DNA from: the human T2T-CHM13v2.0 reference genome, Homo sapiens
Assembly (NCBI RefSeq): GCF_009914755.1
Contig: NC_060936.1
Length of the DNA stretch: 64,000 nucleotides
Strand: one strand, 5' to 3'
The notes below the pieces were generated by a model. That model was not told where the DNA came from, did no database searches, and was given only the letters and a program-made list of their open reading frames with translations. Position numbers and translations under genes: made by a program. Positions within the stretch are counted from its first letter, which is position 1; each line of letters begins with the position of its first letter. Of the stretch, positions 1 to 15,279 are shown piece by piece.

Positions 1-470
1 CCCATGGCCTCAGGCCCACTGCCAGTACTGGAGTTTAAGACTCCTGCTGTAAAAGACCTAATTAATACCGTTGGTAGTATTACAATACATGAATCATGCT
101 ATTCACCTACAACATTTTGAGAGAGTGATATTTGGCCATAACGGAAGCCTTGAAATCCCCAATGCAAGAATTATAAAAGCCATAATCTCTCCTGACTCAA
201 CAAAATTTGCCATCATTAACAAAAGTATAAACAAAAACATCAATATTGTAAAACTTAAAAATTCTCTGAAATTAGTCTTAGATCAAAAAGAAAACCAAAA
301 CCAGTTTCAATATTCACAGAAAACAAGAAAGAGAACATTAAAACAAATCAAAGCACACAAGAACTGACCAAAGTAGTAATAACAAGCAAATTCATAGCAT
401 TAAATTATCTTTTCATTATTAAATAGAATAGAATAAGTAAAAGTGAATGAAAGCCAGGCCCAGTGGCTCA

Positions 471-788
<318 letters not shown>

Positions 789-1901
789 TCAAGCTAGGCA
801 AATGCTTGGAACTCCTTGAGAACAGAAAGATAATTATTGTCCCCTTAAAATATTCTCCTGCCTACAGAGAAAAAGAGAGTACACCAACTCTTTTTAAGAA
901 GCTGTATCACCTCACTGAAACCGCCAAAAACAACCGCAGACGAAGGCCGATTCTAGACACAGACGCACACGTGCTCAATGACACAGCTGCAAAGTCAGGT
1001 CAGAGGACCAACATCAGCCTCTTTTAACAGACAGGGTTTGTCTTCTAAAACGCAGGAATAGTTAAATGTCAGGAAGCTAATACAATAATATAAATAAAAT
1101 ACATGAGAAGCCAAAGGCAGCCGGGGGGAGATGCATTTATCCTTGGATACCCCCCCCAAAAAAATCCAACATTCATGCTGGCTAGATGTTTAATGTCATC
1201 ACAAATACCTACTTTAACAAGCAATGATAAACTTTCAACTTAACTGTGAGCTACTAGTGGCAGTCCCATTAAAATCAAGGATGAGACTAACGTTGAATCA
1301 AAGAAAAAGAGAAAAAGAGATATAATTATTACAAAGACAGAAAAAGAAACTATATTATTTGAAGACAAAGAATGACCATTTGAAAATAGTTCACTGAAAC
1401 TCACAGAATTTTATAAAATCCCATATATGAGGAACTGAAAATACATAAAGTAGTTACCAATAAACCTAACATAAAAGGTAGACAACCTAAAGAAATGTAT
1501 AAAACTTTCCAAGATTCCATAAATAAAATTATAGGAAATTTTTTTTCTTTTTGAGACAGAGTCTCACTCTGTTGCCCAGGCTGGAGTGCAATGGCATGAT
1601 CTCAGCTCACTGCAACCTCCACCTCCTGAGTTCAAGCGATTCTCATATCTCAGCCTCCGAGTAGCTGGGATTAAAGGCATGCGCCACCACGCATGGCTAA
1701 TTTTAGTATTTTTAGTAGAGATGGGGTTTCACCATGTTGGCCAGGCTGGTCTCAAACTCCCAACCTCAGGTGATCTACTCGCCTTGGTCTCCCAAGGGAA
1801 AATCTTTTAAATGGGAAAAAATCCATAAGCTAAGAGATAAAAATTTGAAATCCTTAAATAATCATGATCTATTACGTAACAACACAAAAAAAGAAAAACC
1901 T

Positions 1902-2257
<356 letters not shown>

Positions 2258-2860
2258 CTATGGGGATCCAGGTAAACCATGACCCACCTAAGATGACAAG
2301 TTTGATAAATTTTGGGAAAGAATCTTAAACGTCACTACTAACGTGTTAAAACAATAATATACCATTTTTCAACCCTTCAGCTAAGAAAAGATTAACAGAA
2401 AAAAAAATCATTTATTATGGGTGTAGATTTATTATGGGTGTAGGTGGTAAGCTATAAGCAAAATCAAGTTTCTTTCCCATTAAAATTTTGGTTTGCTATG
2501 ATGGTTTCAAATCTCTACTCAAAGACCATTAATGTCTCTAAATAATACTCACTAGAGCTAGGAATGAAACCTCATCAAACATGGGCAGGTGTTTTATTAA
2601 ATTTAATAGATTGTACTCATGTCAAGTTATAAGATATATGTAACTCTTCCCAACTACTGGCGGGTAAAGCTTCTTCCCAACACTGGGTCACTTAGGAAAG
2701 AACGCCTGTTTCAGGACGCACACATGCTGTGAACTTTCCACTTCCATGTCACCAATTCAGAGGCTCTGGAGCTGCTGCCGTCACACTAGGTCAGAGCGCA
2801 TGCCTCCCCATAGGCGCCAACACTCAGTAAGAAGGCAAGCACTGTGCAGAGGCTGCCTGA

Positions 2861-3207
<347 letters not shown>

Positions 3208-4793
3208 TGCTAGCGCTTTTTAAAGACAGACTGACGGAGTGCAATGGGGAAATCTCAACAGTGACTGGTCTGGCACTTGTATCCTGCACAAACACATATC
3301 GAAACCACCAGAATGGACTGCATGGCTCTCAAGGCAGCCCACAGAAGTGATTCAGCCATTTATGAAACTGAAAGAGAGGATGTTAGGAAAGGAGCCCAAA
3401 CCAAGTATCTACTGGAAAAGCCTCCGGAAACCAAGGACGTCTCCTTTCCCACAGGGAGGGAACGAGGACTCCCTTCCTTGGCATCAACCAGTGTGGTGAC
3501 GGGGCACAGAGAAGGCACTCCAGCCCCGGGGGGAGAGAGAGGTCTGAGGCCAAAGCTGAGCCTGCGCTTTGGGGAGGTAGGACAGGCAGGCAGACACAGC
3601 CTCCAGTGCAAAGACTTCCTGCAGACAGCCCTTCTGCAGGCGCACTCTGCTGAACCGCAGCCTGCAGCTAGAGCCCTGCGGTGATTCAGTTCTTCTCTGC
3701 CCATGCTTATTTCCCCATGTGCCACAGCTCTGGAAGAGAAGCTGAATTATAAAGAAGGCACAGCAAAAACTTCATTCAGACACGACCTCACTTTAATTAT
3801 CTATTTGAACAAAAGAAAATGCAATAGTCTTCTAAAATGTCCCAGTCTCTAGAACAGAGATTTCTTAAGCCCAGGGACTAATTTCTTTAAATCTATTAAG
3901 TACTATATCAATACATTCAGTCTGGCAAAAGTAGATGAAAGCTGCTATGAAGGCAGCATTGTTTGAGAATATTAAATTCCATTTCAGCAATGCTTAACAC
4001 TGAATTCCTCATGACAGCAGATAATACATAGTTGGTTCAAGAATATCAACTTTTCTTATTATGTAACTAAGCTGTTTCATCAGTCAATAATTTTCAAATA
4101 TTAATGAAGGGAGAACTCCAAAATAATTCAGAAAGTCAGCAATACCCAGCTTTATCAGCAAAAGATAATCAACTCATTTCAGCACATAAAAATTATGAAA
4201 ACAGAATGGAAATCCTCAAAAGGATAACTCTCCTCATCAGAGTTTAGAGACTTAGGCATTCGTTCTTATCAGGTTTATCTGTAGCGGGAGGAGATGCTGC
4301 CCAGGAGCCTGTAACAATCTAGAAACATTTTTGTCACCAGAAAAATGCACACAGAATTTTACATAAAAAATTCAAAGGACTCGCAGGCACCCTGACACTT
4401 GTTAATAAACCTAAGGTTAGTAATCTGAAGGTGGAATTCTCATCCTTGAGGATGATACAGTACCTTTAATTTACAAAAATTCATCTATTCAGCATTCAAT
4501 AGCCTAATTCTAAATCAATAGGTAGAGAAAAACCTCCCTTTAACTCAGTCCAAATGTCACTTTTCAGAGCAACCCAATGGTTTTAGTACCAGCAGAAAAA
4601 TGACGTATCCTTAGGAAAATAATCTTAAACTTTAAAATAAAGGATTAGTGCTGTAAAATAACTGATACACATCCTCTTTTACAGACATGCACTTCCTGAA
4701 CAACCTGGGGCACGACTGCGTGTGAGCACTATATTCTGAATCCACAACTGCTGCAGTCGGGCCTGAGGAGGAACGGAGCAGAATGCCTCTTAC

Positions 4794-4962
4794 CTGCAGC
4801 AAAGGCCGAGCACATGACAAAGAACATGCCCACGGCGATCCTCTTCAGGGAGGATGGGAGCAGGCCATGTCTTCTCAAAATGGGATCGACCAGTTTGTCC
4901 TTCAGAGGGATGAGCAGGAGGATGAGCACAGCATCAAACATGGTCAGCCAGGCTGCAGGGAG
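4794..4962 (-). CDS. SLC15A4: SLC15A4 coding exon 5 (gene continues beyond the left edge of the window)
   Basis: Acceptor ccccag/CTC and donor G/gtaag; 169 nt. Translates [56 protein letters not shown], contained in track ORF 4729-5001. Confidence 0.97.
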
Positions 4963-5401
4963 CTGGGGTGAAACACAGGAGGAGGCGTTTACTCCCCGCA
5001 ATACAGGCCATCACCTGTCTAGAGAACCAACGTCTCAATGGGAGAAATGCACGTAAAGAACAGTTCCTCTCCACAAGGTACAACCTCTTCAGTTTAGAGA
5101 CAACGGAACTGGGAAAAGATTTCTTTCCAAATGAATCTGCATTTGCTTTTCTGTGTTTTGAGGGGAAAATAATCAGGTGAAAAATACTAAGTAATGTTGA
5201 ATTGATGTTAGTCAACCTAATCTAGCAAATGATACAACCAATGAAAAAATATTCTCTAAAATAAGTAAAAACTCTATTTCAATAACAATGCTTTTGTGTC
5301 GGTGCTGTTAACATTTATAAAAGATTTACAGTTGGTAGAAGGAATCCATTTATTACATAAGTCCAAAATAACAATGTTCAGATCATTACAATTGTTCTTA
5401 C

Positions 5402-5479
5402 CGTGTGAGGAGTGGTTGTAATATTTGAAATTTCTGGAATCCTCAAATGAAGACTCTGTAAAACATATGTTGTCTGCAT
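5402..5479 (-). CDS. SLC15A4: SLC15A4 coding exon 4
   Basis: Acceptor ctag/ATG and donor ACG/gtaag; 78 nt. Translates [26 protein letters not shown]. Confidence 0.96.
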
Positions 5480-5948
5480 CTAGGTATAAAAAACAGTATC
5501 ATTATATGTGGACCAACTGTGCTCTCAAACACTCTAAGCATCCTGCCCCTCCCCTAAGCTAGACTCAGATGCGACACACAGTGACTCCCAGAAATAGACA
5601 ATGGCTCAAGTTTGAAAACAGACAGGTCAATGATTTGGTCATCGTAAAGTCCTCTGGAGATCAATTTTGAAAAAGAATGGCCAGTTATCCAAAGGAGAAA
5701 TTACTTTAACAAGAGGGGCCTGAAAAACCAGAAGCGTACCTGTTCTCAGCTTCTTTTTCAGAGAGGCTTTAGACATAGTTAAAGCAGCCAAAACGACTCC
5801 ATAACTAAAACCAAAAATTCCAAGATTCTGTAGACTCATGGGAAAAAAAATCACCTAGTCCTACCTACTTTAGAAATGGCCAAAACAAGTGCTAGGGTAA
5901 GACTTCATAGGAAGATAAAGGAAATTAAACCTGTTTGTCACCACTCAC

Positions 5949-6117
5949 TTGGAAATACACTGTCCAGTAAGGTATCAAAGCCAAGAAAACAGGGACAATC
6001 TTGACCAGAGCTTTCACATCTTCCACTTTCTCTTCTGTAAATGGCCCACCATGAGACATCTTACATGAATCAAACAGACTTTGTTTAGAAGATTGCTGAA
6101 AGACTCCAATGCCTTCA
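5949..6117 (-). CDS. SLC15A4: SLC15A4 coding exon 3
   Basis: Acceptor cccaaag/T and donor CAA/gtgagt; 169 nt. Translates (G)[56 protein letters not shown]; phase fits exon 2. Confidence 0.97.
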
Positions 6118-8314
6118 CTTTGGGAAATAAAATGAAGGAATTAGTTTTCTTCCCCTCCCAGCAATCAATTATTTGGTCACAAATTAAGTTTGGAGGTAAG
6201 AAACCAGCTCACTGTATTGAATCTGCTTCAACTCATTCCATCACTTACTAATTGTACACACCCAACACAGCTACCTAAATTATTTCTAAATGTCACAGAA
6301 TGTACTGAAACAGCTGACAAAGGGACTTTCTAGTCAAAGTGCAACTGGGCTACTGTAATTTTGGCGTGGCTGGAAGATCTGTGATGACAGTGTGAACCAC
6401 GGCTGAGCTGAGAGCCCCAGCGCAGCTGCCAGCTCGGCAATCTCCGTGTGGGGAGAGTCTGCAGCTCTACGTGACACTGGGAGGGACACTAGCTATGCCA
6501 CTGGATAGCATATGAAAAAATGCACTGGATTGTGTGAATTTTTAATCAGCTAATTTATCAAACATCAAGACCTGACAGCCAATACCAATGCTGTTAATAA
6601 AACCCTGCTGGTTTAAACTGAGTCACTGGCAGGACTGAGGCAGGCTTCTATTCTCGGAGGAAAGCTGTCAGCTCTTGGATTAAGGAAGAGCTGTTGGGGG
6701 AGGGCGGTGCTGGTGGTGATGAGAGGAGGATGTCCCTGGCTCTGTCCCCTGACAGTAGGAAACAGGGAGTGCCCAGTGCACCGCGTCCCATGTGCTCCCT
6801 CATTAACCATGTGGTGTTAAAACTCTTCAGGGCCCTATTGCACAGAGGAAGATGCCGGGGCACAGAGAGTGTGAAGGGTGCCTGAGGTATGGCCAGGACT
6901 TGGACCCAGGCAGTCTTGGCTTTACAGCCTGAGGCCCTGACCCCTGCAGGACACCACTGTCCCTCCACTCCCTGCCACTGCCCTCACATCTGCCGGTCAC
7001 AGCAGGAACATGGACCTGGCATCCCCAGCTCTTGTACTAACGAGTTTCACTTCCTTGCTCTGGGCCTGCTTCATTATTTAGAAAATGAACAGGCCCCACT
7101 AGACAGCTCCGCACTCTCTCCCAGCTCCAAAACACTCTAATGGGGAACGGGCTCCAAGGATCTCAGGGGTAAAATGGGAAAACAAAGTGCACACTATTCT
7201 CTAAAGCCAGAAGTACCAGGAGAGAGTTAATTCCCAATAAGATTGTGTTTAACTGTGGGAAGCCAACAGAAATGGCACCTGTCAGCCTTCTAGTTTATTA
7301 ACTCATGTCCCATTTTACTATGGTGCCAGTATTTTAAATTCTTTATCTTATAAAGTCAACATTTTAAGTCTGGACATTCAGAGTGGGGAAAAATAGAAGC
7401 GCTGAAAACTATAACTGAATATTTTAGCCAAATTTTGGACAAGAAAACTAAGTTCGATTCAACAAATACTGATCGAGTACCTGCTGTAGGCCCTGCATTG
7501 CTCTACCTGGGGGCTAAAGGGGAGGGCTCCTGTCCTTACGGACTTAGTCTAGTGGGGGAAAATTATCAAAAACAAAAACACCCAAAAGTGAAAATAAATT
7601 CCAAAGACATTATAAATACTTTCACTCGAAAACATTAACTTCTTCAAGTACTACTTTTTTTCAAAAAGGAAATTAAAGTCCTTTTGTACCTAATGCAGAT
7701 ACTATCAGTGGTTTACCACATCATATTAAATACCTTTCACTAAAAACATTTAAATAACAAATAAACCCATTTTCACACAAAGAATCATTCACACAGGTTA
7801 CTGGTTATATTACTTTCGCTTTACGTAATTAAAATATTTAAAAGCTGTGAAATCAACATGCATCTGAAGCTTTACTGGGTTACACATATTGTTAGGTGCA
7901 CTATTTTGCAACATACAAGGGTCCAACACGAAGCCACGGTCACAAGTGACACCCGAACACCCACAAGAGCCCTCTGCTCCTCCCACACAAGTTGACAAGC
8001 TCCAGTTTCAGGACGCCTGTGCCTGAGTCTCTGTGAAGGCCGCATGTAGGTGTGTGTATTCTCCAGGAAAAGAGTCCACTGGTTCTCACGGATTCCCAAA
8101 GAAGTATGTATCTCAAAAAGCTGTAGAACCATTTCTACTCTGGTCTGATGAGTTGAACAAATACGCCTTCATTTCTCATTTAATATCAAGCACTATATTA
8201 TCTTCAAAACACAGATCAACCTGGATTGAAACTGAGATTGGGCCAGATGAAATTAAGTGTCACAACTGTAAAAATGTTGGGTATGTCATGCTTCCTCAGG
8301 CTTTGGAGGCCCAA

Positions 8315-8622
<308 letters not shown>

Positions 8623-10188
8623 GGAGGCCCACCTTTTTTAAGGCACCCTCGTCACAGTGGTCACCACTGACAGGGCCCTTATCATGTACCTGGCATCCTG
8701 CTGAGGGCCTTGCACACATCACTGTGCTCAGGCCCCACCGTGAGCCCATGAGATGAATCCATCTCCGCTGTAAAAAAAGGAAAGCTGGGCTTCGCAAGAT
8801 CAGTAACCTGCCCAAGGTTACAGAGCCAGTTCATACAAACAGCAGAATCTGAGAATTCCTCAGACCATCAACTTTTCTGCAAGCTAGCCCCTGCTTTTTT
8901 TCCCTTATTTTTGCCCAAGAAGACTTTCAAAGACTATCCTAAGAGGAAATCGGCTTCCTAAGTAAAAGTAACTCCAAACCCTCTCCACACTGCCATTTGT
9001 GCTTTAAAACCCAAATATGTCCACAGAACAATGCTGTTCTCTTGCAGAAATGTCTATGGGCTACCACCCACACGGATACTAAAACTTTAAGGGTTGTTCC
9101 TGAAAAAGACCTCTAGGATCCGAAACACTGCTTTTGTCTGATCAAATAAGGCCCTGGCAAAAGACTAGTGTCAGCTAAGATGGGGCTATATATTTTTCTT
9201 TTTTTTTTTGAGACAGGGTCTCACTTTGTCACCCAGGCTACAGTGTAGTGGTGCAACCATGGCTCACTGCAGCCTTGACCTGACCTCCTGGGCTGAAGTG
9301 ATCCTCCCACCTCAGCCTCCCGTACTTTAATTACTAAAAATTCTTTAGTGCGGTCCCACCATTTGCAGTTTTGAATTATGTGTCTGAATGCCACAATGAC
9401 CCACTGGCATTTCCAATAGGTCATGTAGACTGGTGAGATCTGCCAGAACTCCACACAGGGACAGCCGGAGAAATCAGAGATGTTCAGGAGCAAAGTAGGC
9501 GCACAGGGCTATTTTGGTGAAGTTTCAATCTACCACGTGGAAGGAATATTAGACACATTCGCTACGGCTCCAAGAGCATGAGTAAGACAAACACAGACAG
9601 GCCGCAGGCAGGCAGATGTGTGAGTGGGCCCGCAGAAGAATGTCCAGCAACCAGTGCCATGCCACAATGGGGTGCACGGCTCAGAGACACAGGACGCTCT
9701 GATGGCTGAGTGATCAGCCTCCCACCCAGCAGCCTCCAGGCATTTCTACGTTGATCAAAACATTCCATGAGGGGACTGACTACAAAAGGTCCCAGAGACT
9801 TCTCTGGAAGGATGGAAATAATCTATGCCTTGACTGCACTGGTGGTTACACAACCTGAGTAAGTTTGTCATAATTCACAAAACTGTACAGATATAAGGGG
9901 TAAATTTTACTATCTGTAAATTATTCCTCAATAAAGAGTAACACAAACACTTCTGAGCTCTCTTCTTGGGCTTAAGTTCTGGACTTTATTAACTGGCATC
10001 CAACATCACCAAACATGAGTCATAGTTGGCCAGTGACTTGGAGGGGTTCTGAGGACACAGGCCTTTCTGTTTTAACACCTCAGTTCATGGGACTTTGGTG
10101 CTAACACTGGGTAAGTCCCATGAGATCATCTGGTTACCCTCAGTGCATCTCGCCATTCTGCTACTGCACCTTCCTGTCAAGAGTTACA

Positions 10189-10288
10189 GACCTGAGCGCC
10201 GTATGATGGACCTGACCGCCGTATGATGGACCTGACCGCCGTATGATGGACCTGACCGCCGTATGATGGACCTGACCGCTGTATGATG
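10189..10288 (+). repeat. 20-bp minisatellite, 5 copies, SLC15A4 intron 2
   Basis: GACCTGACCGCCGTATGATG x5; the three central copies are perfect. Confidence 0.95.
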
Positions 10289-10760
10289 AAGCCCATGCTG
10301 ACCTTTAGGTAAGAGGCAGTGGCTTACTTTTTAAAGAGCAGAGACAGGTACTGACAGCATAAGCAACTGCTTAGTTTTTCATTCAAATGTATTTCAAAGC
10401 TTTTTAAAATAAAAAGAAACATGTATAAAGCATGTCTTCTGTCTCCTCGATGTCCTCCACAAATTTCTACCTTTATAATCTGGCACCAAAGGAGCTTCCG
10501 TCTACACTAGCAGTGAGAGAAAGTGCAACGTGGGGTTAAAGCATGAGCTCTGGAATCAGGCCACTGGCCTGTCTTTAAGATGGGATAATAAGACCGCACC
10601 CGCCTCCTTGGGGAAATGCAGTGTTAAAGGAGAGAAGACATGTAAACCACTCAGCCCAGGCCCAGCACACAATAAGCACACAACAAACCGAAGCTAGGAT
10701 GTTAATAAAGAGATCGATAAAGTCCTTTCAAACAGCCCAAGATGAGAACTAAGTGCTTAC

Positions 10761-11056
10761 CCATTACTCTGGCGCTCTCCACTTCGCTTCTGGGAACAGC
10801 AGGAATACGTCAGTATCTTGAACATATCGGTGAAGGCACTGCCATCAGGAGGCTTGGTGATGAAAACGCTCTGGCCACAGAGGAAGGCCACAAAAGCAAG
10901 GCCGACGCAGACAGTGGGGATCGCATAACCAGTGACAAAGCTGACGTTCTGCTGAATATAGGCAATGCCACCTAACGACAGGATCGCTCCCAGGTTAATG
11001 CTCCAATAAAACCAATTAAAAAATCTCCTAGTGGCTTCCGGACCTCGATCTTTAAC
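10761..11056 (-). CDS. SLC15A4: SLC15A4 coding exon 2
   Basis: Acceptor ttag/GTT and donor GG/gtaagc; 296 nt. Translates [23 protein letters not shown]...[11 protein letters not shown], including the PTR2 FYxxINxG signature, in frame with exon 1. Confidence 0.97.
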
Positions 11057-11339
11057 CTAAAATAACAGGGAGGAAAGACACTTGAAAATATATGACAGTC
11101 TTCAAGGATGAAAACCATATACGGTCAAGTGGTTAAAATTACCGTTGTCATCACAACCTTTAAGAAGCGCAACACAATCAAAATTGTGTTTACAGAAACA
11201 TTCACGGATCTCAACAAAAAGCACACCCCACGCTTTTAATTACTACAGTTGCTAGGTAGGTTTCACTTAATTACACTAAATTCCAACAAATGCTAGAGAG
11301 TTTTTCCAAGTATATTCTGCTGTAGAATTTTCTAAGTAC

Positions 11340-11815
<476 letters not shown>

Positions 11816-12652
11816 GTTATAAAGCTCCATGCCTTACTGAGCTACATGCAAGTACCATGAGGCACCCCACAAATATGCTTAGGCCCCAAAGAGAGACATT
11901 TGTTCAGTGAGGCCAAGTCACCACCCACACCAATTGTATCTGGTCTCCTGAGAATCAGAGATCTCAGTAAACTTGAAGCAAAGAGGAAATTATAGACTAA
12001 AGATAAAACCACATGCTATTTTTAGATTAGACAGGCTATCAATGGAATCGGAGAAATTCTGATAAGGGTGGGATTTCCAAAAGGCTCAAAAATCACTGAC
12101 TTCCTGGACTCAAACAAAAGCACTGAGGTAATAATGCAACATCTAGGCTTATGGAGTTCACGAGGCTACTTCAATGGAGCCCAAGCGGTGGGAACAGGTC
12201 ATTTGGGGGCAGACACACCAGAAGCCTTCTCTGCCCACCTGGATTTTTACGTCTAAATAAGATACTGTGCAAATGAACCCTGTACTAGACAGAGACATTT
12301 CTAGTGAGTTTCATTTCATAAATTTATTTTTAACAAACTTATGAGAGGCTGATACTGGATCTCATAAAAAGACTCTCTTGCTGTCTTAAAAACTTCTACT
12401 GTCTCATTCTTAAGTCACAGGTTATGAAAGAGTTAGAAAATTCTTATTCTAATAATAGATCTAGTTTCTGGATCCATAGAACAATCTGCTCTACTGAATA
12501 ACACATTCTCAATGGGGCCAAAACAACCAATTACGGTTGGGCATGGTGGCTCAGGTCTGGAATCCCAGCACTTTGGGAAGCCAGGGCAGGCAGACCGCTT
12601 GGGTCTAGGAGTTTGAGAGCAGCCTGGGAACACAGACAGACCCCCATCTCTA

Positions 12653-12787
<135 letters not shown>

Positions 12788-13477
12788 CTAAGCGACAGAG
12801 GCCCTGTCTCAAAAGAAAAAAAAAGATATGGTATGTAATAAGCACATGCATCTTTTTAGCAGTCATATATTTGATATGGTATTTTAAACTCTATTTTTTA
12901 AAGATTAAATCAGAGGAGTAAAATTTATAGTTAAAATTGTGTGTTCCTCTCTAAAGGAAATAGAGCAAAAGAAAAAAAATTGTGTGCTCCTCAAAAAGAG
13001 ATTTGTTTGAAGTCCAAATGATTAAGCATGGCTACTATGGTGGCAGGTAATTAATTATATATAGTAACACCACTTCAAACGAAAAATCTAAATTTAAAAG
13101 AAAATCACTTATTCTCAAGAGTTTAAACTTTTCTCTTATCTATTACAATACTGAACAGAGGTCCTAGACCAAATGCAGACATCTCTACTGAATAAAGAGT
13201 TTGAGGTGAGAACTTCACAGACATCTAAGACACTTCTTCACTAGGACACAATGCATTTAAATATTGCTCAACAGTGGACACCAATTCTCATGCTATACTA
13301 GACATGGACCAGGAAGAAAAATGAAAAATGTGAGCAGAGAAATGGTTACTGAGAAAACAAAACTAGAAGTGCGAAAAAATAACAAACAAAAAGTAATTTT
13401 TTGACAAGCATAAAAGAGGCCAGTAAACATAGTATATAAACTTAATAGAGGCACAAATGATTTCCTAACTGAAATGT

Positions 13478-13585
13478 ACTCGGACCTTCCCATTACCCAC
13501 AGTGACACTGCACACACCTTCCCACGGTCTCACTCGGGCCTTCCCGTTACCCACAGTGACACTGCACATATCTTCCCACAGTCTC
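13478..13585 (+). repeat. 54-bp tandem duplication, 2 copies
   Basis: actcggaccttcccattacccacagtgacactgcacacaccttcccacggtctc repeated with a few substitutions. Confidence 0.9.
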
Positions 13586-14599
13586 AGACTTATGTCCTCT
13601 TCAGATGAAGCATGAAAATATCAGCATTTGATTACTCTGGGAAAATCCTAACCTTAAAATGCCATTCATCCTCATTTCCTGTGTAATTGTGGTGGTCAAT
13701 TTATTCCAACTCCAAGAGTAATCCATCAAAATTACTTTATAAGCCAAAATTACTAAGCCCTAAATAACCACACAGCAGGCATTTCTGTACCAAGGGAACC
13801 TGGCTGCTGTGAAGGGACATCACATGCTTCCCAGCCCCTGGCGAGCAGGCCACAACCTCCTGCCCATCGTTTGCATGACATCACCGTGTGAGCTGCAGCT
13901 ACGTGCCCTACCAAGGGTAAACAAGGTTTTCACATGACTGGCCAAAAGATACCACCAAAATCAATTTGGAGAAGAAAAGCTAAAAGAATAGAATTGTGTA
14001 CAGCATACCAAACAGTTGGCTGACAGAAGAATTCCTTAAAATGGGGTGTCAGTTTTTCCTCTAGAAAAAAAAAAATGCATCATTTGCTCTTTTCATCTGT
14101 AACATAAGATTTTCGTCTTTCAGGTCACTATTTCAAATAATCCATCCACCAAGAACGATTGTGACCTTTGAAAAAGGTGAAACACTGGGGGAAGATACGG
14201 CCTGACATGATTTACACGAACATACGTCTCCCTTGGACTCACAGCTCACACATCCTCTTTCAGAAGCCAACTAGGCCTCCTTCTCAAAGCTATGCAGCCT
14301 CACCCCTTTGTCTCTCCTATCAGAATGTTTCCCAGAGGCTCTACCTGGGAGATGAAGAGGTAAGTGACAAAGAACCATAAAAAGCACCTTAAAAATACAA
14401 ACAGGTTTCCTCTAAATGAAAAGGACCAAACCAGGACAAATTAACCCTCGCCTGGGGCACAACAGAGTGTACTTCAGGCCTGCACACCTCAGGGTCCCCA
14501 GCCAGGCCTCCTGCCATGAAGCAGCCGCACCTGGAGGGGGACCTGCCACCTGGTCACGGGCAAGCACCCTGGCATAAGGGTACTTTTCCCTTCAAATGT

Positions 14600-14985
14600 T
14601 TTTTCACTATGATTCACATACCATAAAATTCACCCTTCAAAAGTGTACAATTCAGTAGTGTCTAGTATATTCAGAGATGTACAGCCATCACTGCCATCCA
14701 AGTCCACATTCTCATCACACCAACAGGAACTCCTGTTCCCTTTAAGTCAGTCCCACGCCCCTCTCCTGGCCCGTGGCAACCCTTAATCTACTTCCAGTCT
14801 CTGTGGACTCGCCTCTTCCGGGCATTCCACATCAATGGAATCACACAACTGGGGCCTTATGTGTCTGGCTTCCTTCATGCAGCCGAATGTTTTCAAGGCT
14901 CATCAGTACTTCATTTCTTTTTTAATGGCTGAAAAATATGCCATTGTATGGATATACTATATTTAGTTTATACATTCATCAGTGA
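14600..14985 (-). mobile_element. Old L1M 3' fragment
   Basis: ttcacataccataaaattcaccc...aagtgtacaattcagt...tgtgtctggcttccttca. Confidence 0.7.
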
Positions 14986-15078
14986 ACATTTTCTTATCTT
15001 TCATTTAAAAAAATTCCAAATGTATAGAAAAGCTGAATTGCAAAATGCACACCTCTCTACCCTTCACTTGGAGCCTCA

Positions 15079-15279
<201 letters not shown>

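Noticed and set aside
10203-10301. ATGATG(G/A) and CTGA motifs resembling box C/D snoRNA elements
   Set aside because: They are on the strand antisense to the host gene, the spacing is far too short, there is no terminal stem, and the 20-bp repeat explains them.
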